A stretch of DNA of 64,000 bases from an uncultured bacterium (GTDB taxonomy: Bacteria; CAYUVA01), in NCBI GenBank assembly GCA_964448115.1, contig CAYUVA010000002.1, positions 62,001-126,000 of the forward strand, given 5' to 3'. Positions 40,643 to 50,122 of the stretch are shown here, one piece after another. A model generated the notes under the pieces. That model ran no database searches. It saw nothing but the letters and a program-made list of their open reading frames with translations, and was not told the origin of the DNA. Position 1 is the first letter of the stretch. Every line of letters begins with the position of its first letter. The translations under genes and the position numbers were made by a program.

Positions 40643-40787
40643 TGCTATACTCACCTCGTAAACAATGAGGTCGAGTATGTCAGTTAAATTCAATGGACTC
40701 CCCGATAATCAATGGAAACTGCTTGAAACATGCTTGCCGCCTGAGCCCGAAAAGCGCTCCAGGTTGAACCTTACCTTTAAGATATAA
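40643..40787 (+). mobile_element. IS5-family transposase 5' remnant (36-codon stub at 40677-40787) with promoter and RBS hairpin
   Basis: MSVKFNGLPDNQWKLLETCLPPEPEKRSR resembles the IS5/DUF4096 N-terminus L(S/T)D.QW..LE..LP; GAGG RBS; truncated; terminal inverted repeat not identified. Confidence 0.6.
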
Positions 40788-40847
40788 TATAATGTAATGG
40801 CAAGGGTAATCATAATCCAGAGTCGCTGAAGGGGTGATAGAAAGCTC

Positions 40848-42095
40848 ATGCTTACACGCGAAGAAATAATAAGGATGGTCAAAGCCAAAGAGAGCCTTGC
40901 CGGAATCACTATCTCCAATGTGAACCTGCGCGGTGCGGATCTCAAGGGCGCGGATCTGCGCAAGGCGAACTTGAGTCATAATCAGATGGCAGGAGCAAAC
41001 CTGTATGGTGCCAATCTCTCCAATGCCAACCTGGAGGGCGCTAACCTTCAGGATGCCATCCTGGAGTCTGCCATCCTGGTCGGTGCCAACCTTAGCGAAG
41101 CCAACCTTAAAAACGCGGTCTTTACCGATGCCAATCTGTCCCATGCAAGGCTCTACCAGGCGGATCTCAGCGGTGCGGATCTTGAGTCCGCGGAGCTTAA
41201 TAATGCCGAGCTGGTCGCCGCTGACCTTTCTAAAGCCAATCTGAAGGGATGCTCGAGCAAGGAAGCCAGCTTTGCCAAGGCAAACCTCAGCGGGTGCGTC
41301 TTTGAGTCCTCAAATGCTATGAGCGCCGATTTCAGGGATTGCCGAGGCGCAAATGCCCAATTCTTAAGCACTACCTTGATAAACTGCAACTTCGTAAATG
41401 CGGATCTAAAAGGGGCAATATTCAGCTTCGCCGACGCCAAGGGGGCTAACTTCACCCAGAGCAGGCTGCCCGGTGCCCAGTTCGACTCGGCAAAGCTCGG
41501 TTCCCTGCGGGAGAGCTGGATGTCCCTGGATGCAGCCAGATTCAACAAGGCGGAGCTTGTCGAGGCTAACTTCAGCTTAGCGGATCTCGAAGAGGTCGAT
41601 TTTCAGTACGCGGATCTCACCAAGTGCGATTTCACCAGGGCGCAACTAGCCGGGGCGCTGCTTGACGGCGCCAAGTTGGAAGGAGCCATATTCAAGGGGG
41701 CTGACCTGACTGGCACCATCCTGGAATCGACCATGTCCAAGACAAAGGAGAAGGTCAGAAGGATTGAGAGCGACCTGGCTATCGGCGCCGAATTCAGGGA
41801 TATCAGCTATCTATCAAAGGCAAAAGATCCCCGAGCAGCCAAAGTTATGGAAGATCCCTTTGATTTAGGACTCCCCAAAGCCGATGAGCAGGAGTTGCTT
41901 GTTAAAGGCTCATTCCCTGATGTCCTTGATCCCAAGTCGGCTGCCGAGTACCTGCGGCTATCGCTGGAGGATATAGAATACCTGGTTAGCAAGAAGCTGA
42001 TCCCATACAGTATAATCAGGAACAAGATCCTCTTTTCGAGGCGGATGTTACTAAGCTGGCTCGAAGAAAGAACCAGCAAATTCAAGATCGACTAA
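40848..42095 (+). CDS. Pentapeptide repeat protein with C-terminal excisionase-type HTH (HTH_17-like)
   Basis: ~275 aa of A(N/D)LxG/A repeats; C-terminus PDVLDPKSAAEYLRLS...LVSKKLIPYSIIRNKILFSRRMLLSWLEE. Confidence 0.85.
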   Translation: MLTREEIIRMVKAKESLAGITISNVNLRGADLKGADLRKANLSHNQMAGANLYGANLSNANLEGANLQDAILESAILVGANLSEANLKNAVFTDANLSHARLYQADLSGADLESAELNNAELVAADLSKANLKGCSSKEASFAKANLSGCVFESSNAMSADFRDCRGANAQFLSTTLINCNFVNADLKGAIFSFADAKGANFTQSRLPGAQFDSAKLGSLRESWMSLDAARFNKAELVEANFSLADLEEVDFQYADLTKCDFTRAQLAGALLDGAKLEGAIFKGADLTGTILESTMSKTKEKVRRIESDLAIGAEFRDISYLSKAKDPRAAKVMEDPFDLGLPKADEQELLVKGSFPDVLDPKSAAEYLRLSLEDIEYLVSKKLIPYSIIRNKILFSRRMLLSWLEERTSKFKID

Positions 42096-42114
42096 GGGAT
42101 AATAAAGGCACGGA

Positions 42115-43494
42115 ATGGACAAGCAAAAACTCTTCAACCTCGATTTAGATGACCTGATGGTTACCGATCTTCTGGAGTATATGCACTCCATTGATGCCAC
42201 GGATCTGTTTATCGTCTCTGGCAATCCGCCAGTCTTTCGTGTTGATGGCGAGCTGTTTATAGAAAAAAAGCTGCCCAAGCTGGGTCCGATGGACAGCAAG
42301 CGCCTTATCTACAGCCTTCTCAAGGAGAATCAACGCAAGAAATTCGAGAAGGAACTGGAGCTTGACCTGAGCTTCTCCTACAAGGGCTATGGCAGGTTCA
42401 GAGCCAATGTCTATCTGCAAAAGGGAACACTATCATGTGCTATTAGGCTGTTGCCCAACAAGATCATCCCGCTTGAGTATCTCGGTCTCCCCTCGAAGAT
42501 CGAGCATTTCATCGAGAAATCGAGCGGCTTGATCCTGGTAACCGGTGCCACCGGCTCTGGTAAATCGACAACTTTGGCTTCCTTTATCGACCGCATCAAT
42601 GAAAAATACGCCAGGCATATCATCACCGTGGAAGATCCCATCGAGTATGTGCATGTAAACAAGAAATCGGTCATCGAACAGCGCGAGGTGCATGCGGATA
42701 CGCTATCCTTTCACAATGCGCTCAAGTATATCCTGCGCCAGAATCCCGATGTGGTTGTCATCGGCGAGATGCGCGATGCTGAGACGGTTGAGGCTGCGCT
42801 GAACATCGCCGACACAGGGCACCTGACCTTCGCCACCTTACATACATCGAACGCCGCCCAGACCATAAACCGCATAATCGATATATTCAGAGCTGATAAG
42901 CAGGCTCAGATACGAACCCAGCTCTCCTTCGTGCTGGAGGGAATAATATGCCAGAAGCTTATCGCTAAGCAGCATACAAGGGGCAGAGTGCTCGCCTGCG
43001 AGGTTATGATGGTTACTCCGGGAATACGAAACATGATAAGAACCCAAAAGGTCGAACAGATCTACTCGGAGATACAGGTATCCTCCAAATATGGCTCTCA
43101 GACGCTCAATGAATCCCTGGTGAACCTTTATATGAGGGGTCTGATCTCCTACCAGAGAGCCAAAGCCTACGCAGATCCGGACAGGCTAGAAGAGCTGGAA
43201 AGGATGCTGGAGGAGGTCAGAAACATAAGGATCGATCGCACCAAACGACCTGCCGTTGCCAAGCGCCAAGCACAGGCAGTACCACCAGAATCGGCTTACA
43301 AAGAAACCAAAAAATCTAAGGAACAAGATGCAACCCAACCACCGAAAAAGTTATCCCTGAATCAATCAACAAGGGGCGAACTACCGATCGATAAAGAAAA
43401 TAAAGAAAAGAATGCCGAGGGATCGCAAGTAATCAAGATAGAGCCAAAGCGGATAAAAAAAATAACCAACTCAGGAAAGGAAAAGGAAAAGTAG
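42115..43494 (+). CDS. pilT: PilT/PilU family type IV pilus retraction ATPase with charged C-terminal tail
   Basis: GRFRANVY, Walker A GATGSGKST, TVEDPIEY, EQREV, LRQNPDVVVIGEMRD, TGHLTFATLHT, GIRNMIR. Confidence 0.9.
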   Translation: MDKQKLFNLDLDDLMVTDLLEYMHSIDATDLFIVSGNPPVFRVDGELFIEKKLPKLGPMDSKRLIYSLLKENQRKKFEKELELDLSFSYKGYGRFRANVYLQKGTLSCAIRLLPNKIIPLEYLGLPSKIEHFIEKSSGLILVTGATGSGKSTTLASFIDRINEKYARHIITVEDPIEYVHVNKKSVIEQREVHADTLSFHNALKYILRQNPDVVVIGEMRDAETVEAALNIADTGHLTFATLHTSNAAQTINRIIDIFRADKQAQIRTQLSFVLEGIICQKLIAKQHTRGRVLACEVMMVTPGIRNMIRTQKVEQIYSEIQVSSKYGSQTLNESLVNLYMRGLISYQRAKAYADPDRLEELERMLEEVRNIRIDRTKRPAVAKRQAQAVPPESAYKETKKSKEQDATQPPKKLSLNQSTRGELPIDKENKEKNAEGSQVIKIEPKRIKKITNSGKEKEK

Positions 43495-43570
43495 TGATAT
43501 GGATCCTTCAGTTTATGCGATCTATAAATGGTTTGACCAAATACGGAATTATAGGTAATCGTTTTGTACT

Positions 43571-44368
43571 ATGAAAGAAAAAACATTGGGACATATCTTC
43601 GAGAGGCTAGTTGAGGTCATGGATGCGCTCCGCGATGAAGGGGGTTGTCCATGGGATAGAGAGCAGACCAGGCAGAGCCTGAAACCGTATCTCATCGAGG
43701 AAGCCTACGAGGTGCTTGAAGCTATTGATGATGGAGATGTGGAGGGGATGAAGGAGGAGCTTGGAGACCTTTTATTCCAGGTGCTCTTCCATGCCCGAAT
43801 AGCCAAGGAGAAAGGTGAATTCAACATCGCCGATGTGCTTGAAGCCAACTATGAAAAGATGATTCGCCGCCATCCGCATGTCTTCGAGCAAAGCAATGCC
43901 GAGACGGCACAAGAAGTATTGCGCCAGTGGGAGGATATAAAGGAGAACGAGAAGGGTGGACGATCGAATGCTGGCAGCGCGGTTGATGGACTGCCCAAGA
44001 ATTTACCCGCCTTGCTCTTGGCTCATCGTGTGCAGGACAAGGCTGCCCGAGTCGGATTCGACTGGGAGGAACCAAGACAGATCATGGATAAGATCCACGA
44101 GGAGCTTGCCGAATTCGCTGAGGCGATTGAGAATTCGGATCCGAAAAGAACAGAAGAAGAGCTTGGGGATCTTCTCTTCAGTGTCGTAAACATTGCACGA
44201 AGGCTACATATAAACCCGGAGGATAGCCTGCGCAGCACGGTGCAGCGCTTCATAGACCGCTTCAAGCAAGTAGAGCGGGAAGCGCTCGAACAGGGCAAAC
44301 GACTGGAGGATATGACCTTAGATCAAATGGATAAGCTCTGGGAGCAAGCAAAGAAAAGGCTTAAGTGA
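43571..44368 (+). CDS. mazG: Nucleoside triphosphate pyrophosphohydrolase MazG
   Basis: GCPWDREQT, EEAYEV, EELGDLLFQ, KMIRRHPHVF, GFDW, second EELGDLLF. Confidence 0.96.
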   Translation: MKEKTLGHIFERLVEVMDALRDEGGCPWDREQTRQSLKPYLIEEAYEVLEAIDDGDVEGMKEELGDLLFQVLFHARIAKEKGEFNIADVLEANYEKMIRRHPHVFEQSNAETAQEVLRQWEDIKENEKGGRSNAGSAVDGLPKNLPALLLAHRVQDKAARVGFDWEEPRQIMDKIHEELAEFAEAIENSDPKRTEEELGDLLFSVVNIARRLHINPEDSLRSTVQRFIDRFKQVEREALEQGKRLEDMTLDQMDKLWEQAKKRLK

Positions 44369-44387
44369 TTCAATTGATGGTATCGGC

Positions 44388-46220
44388 TTATTCTATCACC
44401 TCAAGCTCAAGCGTGCTTGCACCGAATACAGCGCCGGGAAGCTCGACCTTTTGTATGGCAGATAAGACCTGGTAGCGAAATGGCTGCTGTGGAGTATCCT
44501 TGCTTCCTTGGCTCATCACTGATAGCAGGGATGTGGGCAGCAAGGGATGCGATAGCCCTTTGATCGATAAACTGGTGCGCTCTTTGAAAAGCACGATCAA
44601 CAGGTTATCGCTGGAGGGTCGCTGATTGATATCCTCGATGAGATCGGGCAAATCCTGTACATCCAGGTCTCCACAATGATTTCTCTGTCTCCATGCCTGA
44701 TAGTTCTGGCTGTCCATGATGCCGATCATGATATTCCCCGGTTTCAGCTTGCAAGGCAATGCTACCGGTAGTCGGCGGATGATCTGTTTTCCATCGTAAC
44801 CAAGCAGCTCCATGTTGAGCATCACCGTGCTGCCAGCTTTTTTTGCAGAAGCATCGAGGTAACAGCGATTGAGCCTAAGTATCTCCTTCTTTTCTTTAAC
44901 CTCAAGCTCGATCTTCACCGAATTTAGCTTCACTGGCTTGAATGGATTTGCGTAAAGCTCGATTATCGGCTTGACCATGCATACCGCCACCGCTGAGGCG
45001 TCACCTTCAACTATATGATCGTCTATCTGAAGGCGCTGTTTTTGCTGCTCGATAGTAGCCTCAAGATGGTACTTGACGCTCATGAAACCGACGCTACGAG
45101 CATTTTTATGGATTGTGCTCTTGATCAGCAGCATAAGCAGCCATGGGGTGAAGACCTGGTGTCGGGCTACCTTGTAATGGAATGATTTAGTGGAGCTGTC
45201 TGCGCCCTTGAGCTTGATCTCGATATGGACCATCTCAGGGAATACGCCCAATCTGCCGGCGATGCCTGGAGTCCTGTCTTGAGTGATAATCCCGATCACC
45301 TTTTGCGGCGATGCGTGCTTGAAGCCTATGGAATAGCGGGGTATAACCGTGTGAACAGAGGCTGAGATCAGGGGGAACTCCATCTCCCCCCAGCCGCCCA
45401 TGTTGTGTCCAAAGGCTAGGATATTTCCCTCCTCGGATACATAAGTCAGGGTTCCGATGGCAGCCATTAGCGCATCTCCGCTGATGAATAATGCTCCCAC
45501 TGCGCTACCAGGCTTTGGCTCAAAATCATCGACCAACGGGAGATCGCCGCCTGTTGAAGGAGCTGATCTCGAAGTTAAAGGCATTCTCAGGTTACCCTTA
45601 AGCTCATTTACCACCGAGGTGCTCAATCCGCTGGCAGAGAAAGCCAGCGGTAAGGCTGAATCATCTCCCGAGCCAAGCATGTTCGCGATCCTGGTACTTA
45701 TTACCTGGGCAAGCTCTTGAGGAGTCTTATCCAGTTGCATATCCCGCCAAAAGGTGGTCATAGCTGTATTTGCCCCCGTCATTTGTGTTTCTTTATCGAG
45801 GATCTGCAGCATCTCTTCAATCGGTGTAATACCGTGAATGGGGTAGAGAGACCATGGAAAGGCGCTGGAGATAGCGCCGATGAGCCTTCCATCGATATAT
45901 ACCGGGCTACCGCTCATGCCCTGGATGCCGGAGGTTATCTCGGTTATGCCATCGGGACCTCCGCTTATGCTCCCCAGAATTATAGCATCCTGGGAGACAT
46001 TGCCGTAAACCACATCGATTATCTCGACATCGAAGGTGGTGATGATATCGTTCTTGAAGACAGTGTAGCCGATCCCTTTCATGCCCGGTTTGACTTGATC
46101 CAATGGCATGATCTCGGTGGGGCTAATCCCCAAGGCAGGCAAAGCCAAGGCTATCAGGAGTATTGCCATGATTTGTAAATGAAACTTGCTGCCAGTCATA
46201 ATAGGGAGATAATACTCCAT
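44388..46220 (-). CDS. SpoIVB-like peptidase S55 domain protein, exported
   Basis: VKPGMKGIGYTVF, QGMSGSPVYIDGRLIGAIS, ITPIEEML, GTLTY, AFGH. Confidence 0.9.
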   Translation of the reverse strand: MEYYLPIMTGSKFHLQIMAILLIALALPALGISPTEIMPLDQVKPGMKGIGYTVFKNDIITTFDVEIIDVVYGNVSQDAIILGSISGGPDGITEITSGIQGMSGSPVYIDGRLIGAISSAFPWSLYPIHGITPIEEMLQILDKETQMTGANTAMTTFWRDMQLDKTPQELAQVISTRIANMLGSGDDSALPLAFSASGLSTSVVNELKGNLRMPLTSRSAPSTGGDLPLVDDFEPKPGSAVGALFISGDALMAAIGTLTYVSEEGNILAFGHNMGGWGEMEFPLISASVHTVIPRYSIGFKHASPQKVIGIITQDRTPGIAGRLGVFPEMVHIEIKLKGADSSTKSFHYKVARHQVFTPWLLMLLIKSTIHKNARSVGFMSVKYHLEATIEQQKQRLQIDDHIVEGDASAVAVCMVKPIIELYANPFKPVKLNSVKIELEVKEKKEILRLNRCYLDASAKKAGSTVMLNMELLGYDGKQIIRRLPVALPCKLKPGNIMIGIMDSQNYQAWRQRNHCGDLDVQDLPDLIEDINQRPSSDNLLIVLFKERTSLSIKGLSHPLLPTSLLSVMSQGSKDTPQQPFRYQVLSAIQKVELPGAVFGASTLELEVIE

Positions 46221-46462
46221 TTGTAGTTGTTTATCTATTGGAAGAAAGGTCTTTTTTATTGTTACTCCTCATGACACAGGATTTGTGTCGCCAACTGGTG
46301 GCTAGGATAAGAAAGTCGCATTCGGAAGTATGCTCCTACAAATATAGCAATGTATATCTGCGAGATCCTATTTTCTTTCCTTCCTCAATCCTAAAGTCTA
46401 AAGACTTTTCCATGGTGCCTTGGTGGTTCAACCACTCTCCAGAGCACCCGGTATAATTCCTA

Positions 46463-47455
46463 CTACTCTGCGGATGCCTGGGAGAGCTGCTCCTCGAAGC
46501 GATGGATCTCGGTGGTCTTCTCTTTTCGCAGCGCAAATACGATTCCACCGACGATGCCAACTACCAGCCTCATACCATAGTCGATCCACGAAAAGGCTAC
46601 CGCAGTCGCTTTAGTTGCTTTATAATTCTGCAAGAAAAGATAAAAAGCGTTTTCTCTCACCCCTATTCCCCCTATAGAGATGGGGATCATAAGCAGAACG
46701 GTTACCATGGGAATTATGATGAAGAAGGGGAATAAGCCAACTGAAAGCATATCTTCAGGGAAGGCTTTGGATATAAAATAATAATGGATGATGAAGTTGG
46801 TCTGTAACAGGAAGGCATACAGGAATGCCAGGCTCAATGATGCCTTGTGGTTGCGATACTGTCCAAGCGCGAAGTTGAACTGCTGTGCCTTTTTACGGAC
46901 CTTGTTGAGCACCGGCAGGTTGAAGAGCTTGTCCCATACCCTCACCGCTGGGGCTGCTATAAGCGCCGCCCCCCCCAGAAGAACGAGCGCGAAGAACAAG
47001 GCAACCAATATGGCGATGGTCTTGCCTCCATAGAAGGCGCTTGAGATGCTCAAAGCCACAGCCGCGAAGGTGAACAGGGCGACTAAGCCGCTGAGCCGTT
47101 CAACTAGAATAGTGGTAGCAGCGGTTACCGGATCCAGCCTGTAGCCTTTCACCGTGTCGTATATTCTGCTTATATCGCCAGAGATGGAGCCGGGCAGTAT
47201 ATTGTTGAAGAATGTCCCTACCAGCAGCGAGTTGACCAGGAATCCGATGCCCGGCTGAATCCCCTGGATGCGAAGTAAAACCCTCCATCGAAGCGCCGAT
47301 AGCAACATCCCCACCGCATGAAGAGAAAAGGCGGCCATCACCCACCTGAAATCTACCTGCTTGAAAGCTTCAAGTATTATAGCAAGGGGAACTCCGCGCA
47401 GAATATAGTATATCAACGCTGCGCTTATGAGAATACGAACTATCTTTTTCACCAA
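46463..47455 (-). CDS. UPF0104 / LPG_synthase_TM (flippase-like) membrane protein
   Basis: RWRVLL, FFNNILPGSISGD, LVERLSG, IPISIGGIGVRE. Confidence 0.9.
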   Translation of the reverse strand: MVKKIVRILISAALIYYILRGVPLAIILEAFKQVDFRWVMAAFSLHAVGMLLSALRWRVLLRIQGIQPGIGFLVNSLLVGTFFNNILPGSISGDISRIYDTVKGYRLDPVTAATTILVERLSGLVALFTFAAVALSISSAFYGGKTIAILVALFFALVLLGGAALIAAPAVRVWDKLFNLPVLNKVRKKAQQFNFALGQYRNHKASLSLAFLYAFLLQTNFIIHYYFISKAFPEDMLSVGLFPFFIIIPMVTVLLMIPISIGGIGVRENAFYLFLQNYKATKATAVAFSWIDYGMRLVVGIVGGIVFALRKEKTTEIHRFEEQLSQASAE

Positions 47456-47479
47456 TGGTTCCCTGGGGATTTCTTAGGA

Positions 47480-47728
47480 CTAATTAACCCGTCCAGGTGA
47501 GGTTTTTGTGTTCATGTACTGTTGGATCTTGAATTCCATCTGATCCTTTATATGTAGCTTCATCTTTTTAAGCCGTTTTTTTGTAATCTGATCCTCGGAG
47601 GTCTCATAAATTACGCGCTCAAGCCTTTGCAGCTCTGCATCGTACTTGCGATGCTCATCATATAGCTTCTTGAACTCCGGATCGCTCTTAAAAAGAATCT
47701 GCTTTACCTCATCACGGGTCATTGACAT
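47480..47728 (-). CDS. DUF465/YdcH family small helical protein
   Basis: EFKKLYDEHRKYD...LKKMKLHIKDQM; GGGGG RBS. Confidence 0.85.
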   Translation of the reverse strand: MSMTRDEVKQILFKSDPEFKKLYDEHRKYDAELQRLERVIYETSEDQITKKRLKKMKLHIKDQMEFKIQQYMNTKTSPGRVN

Positions 47729-47929
47729 ACTTATACCCCCTGTAGGTGATTAACATGAAGGTTCCTTTTATTGGGCAGGATCGAATTGATATTACTCTAT
47801 TCATTATCCTTTATTATCTCTATACATTATCACCATGAAAAAGTCAAATAGTTCCTAAGTAAATTTTGTTATACCTTAAATATAATTACCAGTTTACTAT
47901 TTATGCCCTAAACCGAAAGGAGCCATGCC

Positions 47930-48113
47930 ATGAACGATGCCATGAAAGAAAAGAAGGTTACACTCCATGCCCTGAGCACCTGTGTTTACTTCAAGCGCAC
48001 CAAGAGCCGGATATCAAGGAATACGGAAGCTGCTACTGCGATACAACCAAGGCAAGGTCCCTCACTCCTATGTGCCGTAGAGACTCCCAGAGGGTAAAAT
48101 CTATACAGGTTGA
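47930..48113 (+). pseudogene. Collapsed remnant of a glutaredoxin plus ferredoxin:thioredoxin reductase catalytic subunit gene pair
   Basis: AGGAG RBS; KKVTLHALSTCVYFKRTK (Grx start, CxxC degraded to CVYF); then EPDIKEYGSCYC in another frame from 48004; then YNQGKVPHSYVP*RLPEGK from 48042. Confidence 0.7.
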
Positions 48114-48126
48114 TGTTTTACTCTCG

Positions 48127-48849
48127 TCAACGGCGATACTTTATCGCAAGGCATATAGTATCTTTGATCGTCCTTTGGATGCGCATCTTGCTTGCGCCCT
48201 GCTTGCGATCGTAGCGGAGGGTGAATGGGATCTCTGTAATTCGAGCCTTAATGGCTTTTGATTTGAGCAAAAGCTCCAACATGCATGCGAACCCATTCTC
48301 GGTAACTATATCATCTCCATATTTTTGCTGAAGAAGCCGAAGCAGCCGATATGAGTATGCCCGGTACCCGCAGGTAAAGTCCCTTGTCTCAGTGATGCCG
48401 GTCAATATTTTAAGAAGCAGACTAGAGCCGCGACTCAGCATTCTCCGGTGCCATGGAACGCCGATCTCGCGACCTTTGCCTGCAAAACGGCTAGCTATAA
48501 CTAGATCGAAACCCTGATTGAGCTTCGCAATCAGGTCAAGCGAATACCTGGGATCATGTGTATTATCAGCATCCATCGCTATAACCGCATCCCTTTCAGT
48601 AAGGATCTCAAGGCAATGTTTCAAGCCGGTTCTCATTGCAGCGCCGAGGCCTCGATTAACCTTGTGTTCAAGGATTGTCAGCTTACTTTGGTCTGCCCAT
48701 GTTCGAAGCAAACGCAAGGACCCATCGGTACTGCCATCATCAACCGCTATTATATGGAGATCTATGTCATCTTTAAGTTTTGCCATATTGGAGAGCAACT
48801 GGCAAATACCCTCGGATTCGTTATATACGGGGAGTAAGTAGTAGATCAT
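48127..48849 (-). CDS. Glycosyltransferase family 2, polyprenol-phosphate hexose synthase (DPM-like)
   Basis: LPVYNE, VDDGSTDG, NRGLGAA, MDADNTHDP, VIASRF, RDFTCGYRAY, GASKM. Confidence 0.9.
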   Translation of the reverse strand: MIYYLLPVYNESEGICQLLSNMAKLKDDIDLHIIAVDDGSTDGSLRLLRTWADQSKLTILEHKVNRGLGAAMRTGLKHCLEILTERDAVIAMDADNTHDPRYSLDLIAKLNQGFDLVIASRFAGKGREIGVPWHRRMLSRGSSLLLKILTGITETRDFTCGYRAYSYRLLRLLQQKYGDDIVTENGFACMLELLLKSKAIKARITEIPFTLRYDRKQGASKMRIQRTIKDTICLAIKYRR

Positions 48850-49817
48850 GACTGTGGAAGGAATGGCTTGGTAAGTGCCTGAATGAATATCTCCATTGTC
48901 GGGCTATTAAAGCCGCAGGTGATAAGGGTCAAAAACATTATTAGAACCAGATCAGCCAGAAGCACCGGCAGGATGCTTAATACAAGATATAATGACTTTT
49001 TTCCCTCCGAGAGATCACCTCGTCCGGTAAGATAAAGATACACAAGGCTAAATGGATATAATGCACTGAACCAGGCGAGAAAGTTAACCAGGGGTACTTC
49101 CATGAAAAATCCCTCCAGCCTACCAGCCCATGTCCACAAGCCCATCCGCGAGGCTAAGGGATCGAGCTGGAGGTCGAAGAACAAGCCTATCATGGTGGGC
49201 AAAAGCGCGTAAATGAAGATATTCCTCTTGATGCCTGGTCTTAGTTGTGCGATCTCCTCTGCGATGAATGTAACCATATAAAAGACACTGCACCAACCGA
49301 TCAGGGTGGCGAGTGGAGCGTGTACTCCGGGTAAGTAAACATAATAGCCCTGCTCGTTAAAGAAACCCATCTGGATGCCACCAGACTCAAGCAAAAGCCC
49401 ATAGATACCGCTTATTATGAAAATATTCAGCCAGCGGCGATATCCCTTGACTGTAAGTGCGTGTAAAGCGAATATGCCTGCAAACAGGATATTACTTATC
49501 TCGAAAACAAGCTTGAACTCCTGTCTGTCAAGCGTTGCGTGCTTTGGTAGCGAGAGAAGAATAATATAAAGGATTGCTATGCCTAAAAAAATACTGGCTA
49601 GCTTCAGGTATCTTTGCTTATTATTCGCCCCTTCAAAGCGCAGGTAGTAGTAATACAATGCCCAGAATAGCGGAAAGATCACCGCGAGGCTATAGGAGCT
49701 TATCTCAGCGGGGAGCCTTGCTGAGTATAGATAGACTAAACTTAGACCGTTAAAGATCAAGAAAATAACTGGAAACTTGTACCAGATCTCTTTGAATATA
49801 GCTTTTAGCATCATCAA
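48846..49817 (-). CDS. DUF422/CruF-like (carotenoid biosynthesis family) membrane protein
   Basis: Multi-TM; DLQLDPLA...GLWTW...VPLVNFLAWF motif; 4-nt overlap with the GT2 gene. Confidence 0.65.
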   Translation of the reverse strand: MMMLKAIFKEIWYKFPVIFLIFNGLSLVYLYSARLPAEISSYSLAVIFPLFWALYYYYLRFEGANNKQRYLKLASIFLGIAILYIILLSLPKHATLDRQEFKLVFEISNILFAGIFALHALTVKGYRRWLNIFIISGIYGLLLESGGIQMGFFNEQGYYVYLPGVHAPLATLIGWCSVFYMVTFIAEEIAQLRPGIKRNIFIYALLPTMIGLFFDLQLDPLASRMGLWTWAGRLEGFFMEVPLVNFLAWFSALYPFSLVYLYLTGRGDLSEGKKSLYLVLSILPVLLADLVLIMFLTLITCGFNSPTMEIFIQALTKPFLPQS

Positions 49818-50122
49818 TGACGAAGACTATACAACAATTTTCTCAAATTGTACAGCCTAATCGATATCGCTATACTGTTCTGAAGAATTGATGGATCTGA
49901 AAAGAACGAACCGAGAGCATTAACAAACTCTGGGAGTCAGACTTGCATACCTCATAAGGATACGCTTCGATGGTTTTCGTTAAAAATAGGATGGTTATGG
50001 TTCGGTTAAACATAGACAGCATATTCTCTTGAGCTGAAGTCATCGTGAAAAACCCAGCAAAAGGCATTTGCCTGGTGGGAAACTACCATCCGTGTATAAT
50101 ATACTGAAGAAAGGATAACACG

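Noticed and set aside
38267-44368. Prophage or defence island suggested by thyX, SLT, excisionase-like HTH and mazG
   Set aside because: No integrase, structural or packaging genes; MazG is the two-domain housekeeping type, and the block follows asnS
48078-48080. In-frame TAG in the FTR-like tail read as pyrrolysine or recoding
   Set aside because: The surrounding deletions and frameshifts indicate pseudogene decay
47866-48261. 131-aa ORF from the track as a real gene
   Set aside because: Only EPDIKEYGSCYC is meaningful; the rest is off-frame relic sequence and overlaps the GT2 gene on the opposite strand
49870-50067. 65-aa minus-strand ORF in the divergent intergenic region
   Set aside because: No convincing RBS or recognisable motif
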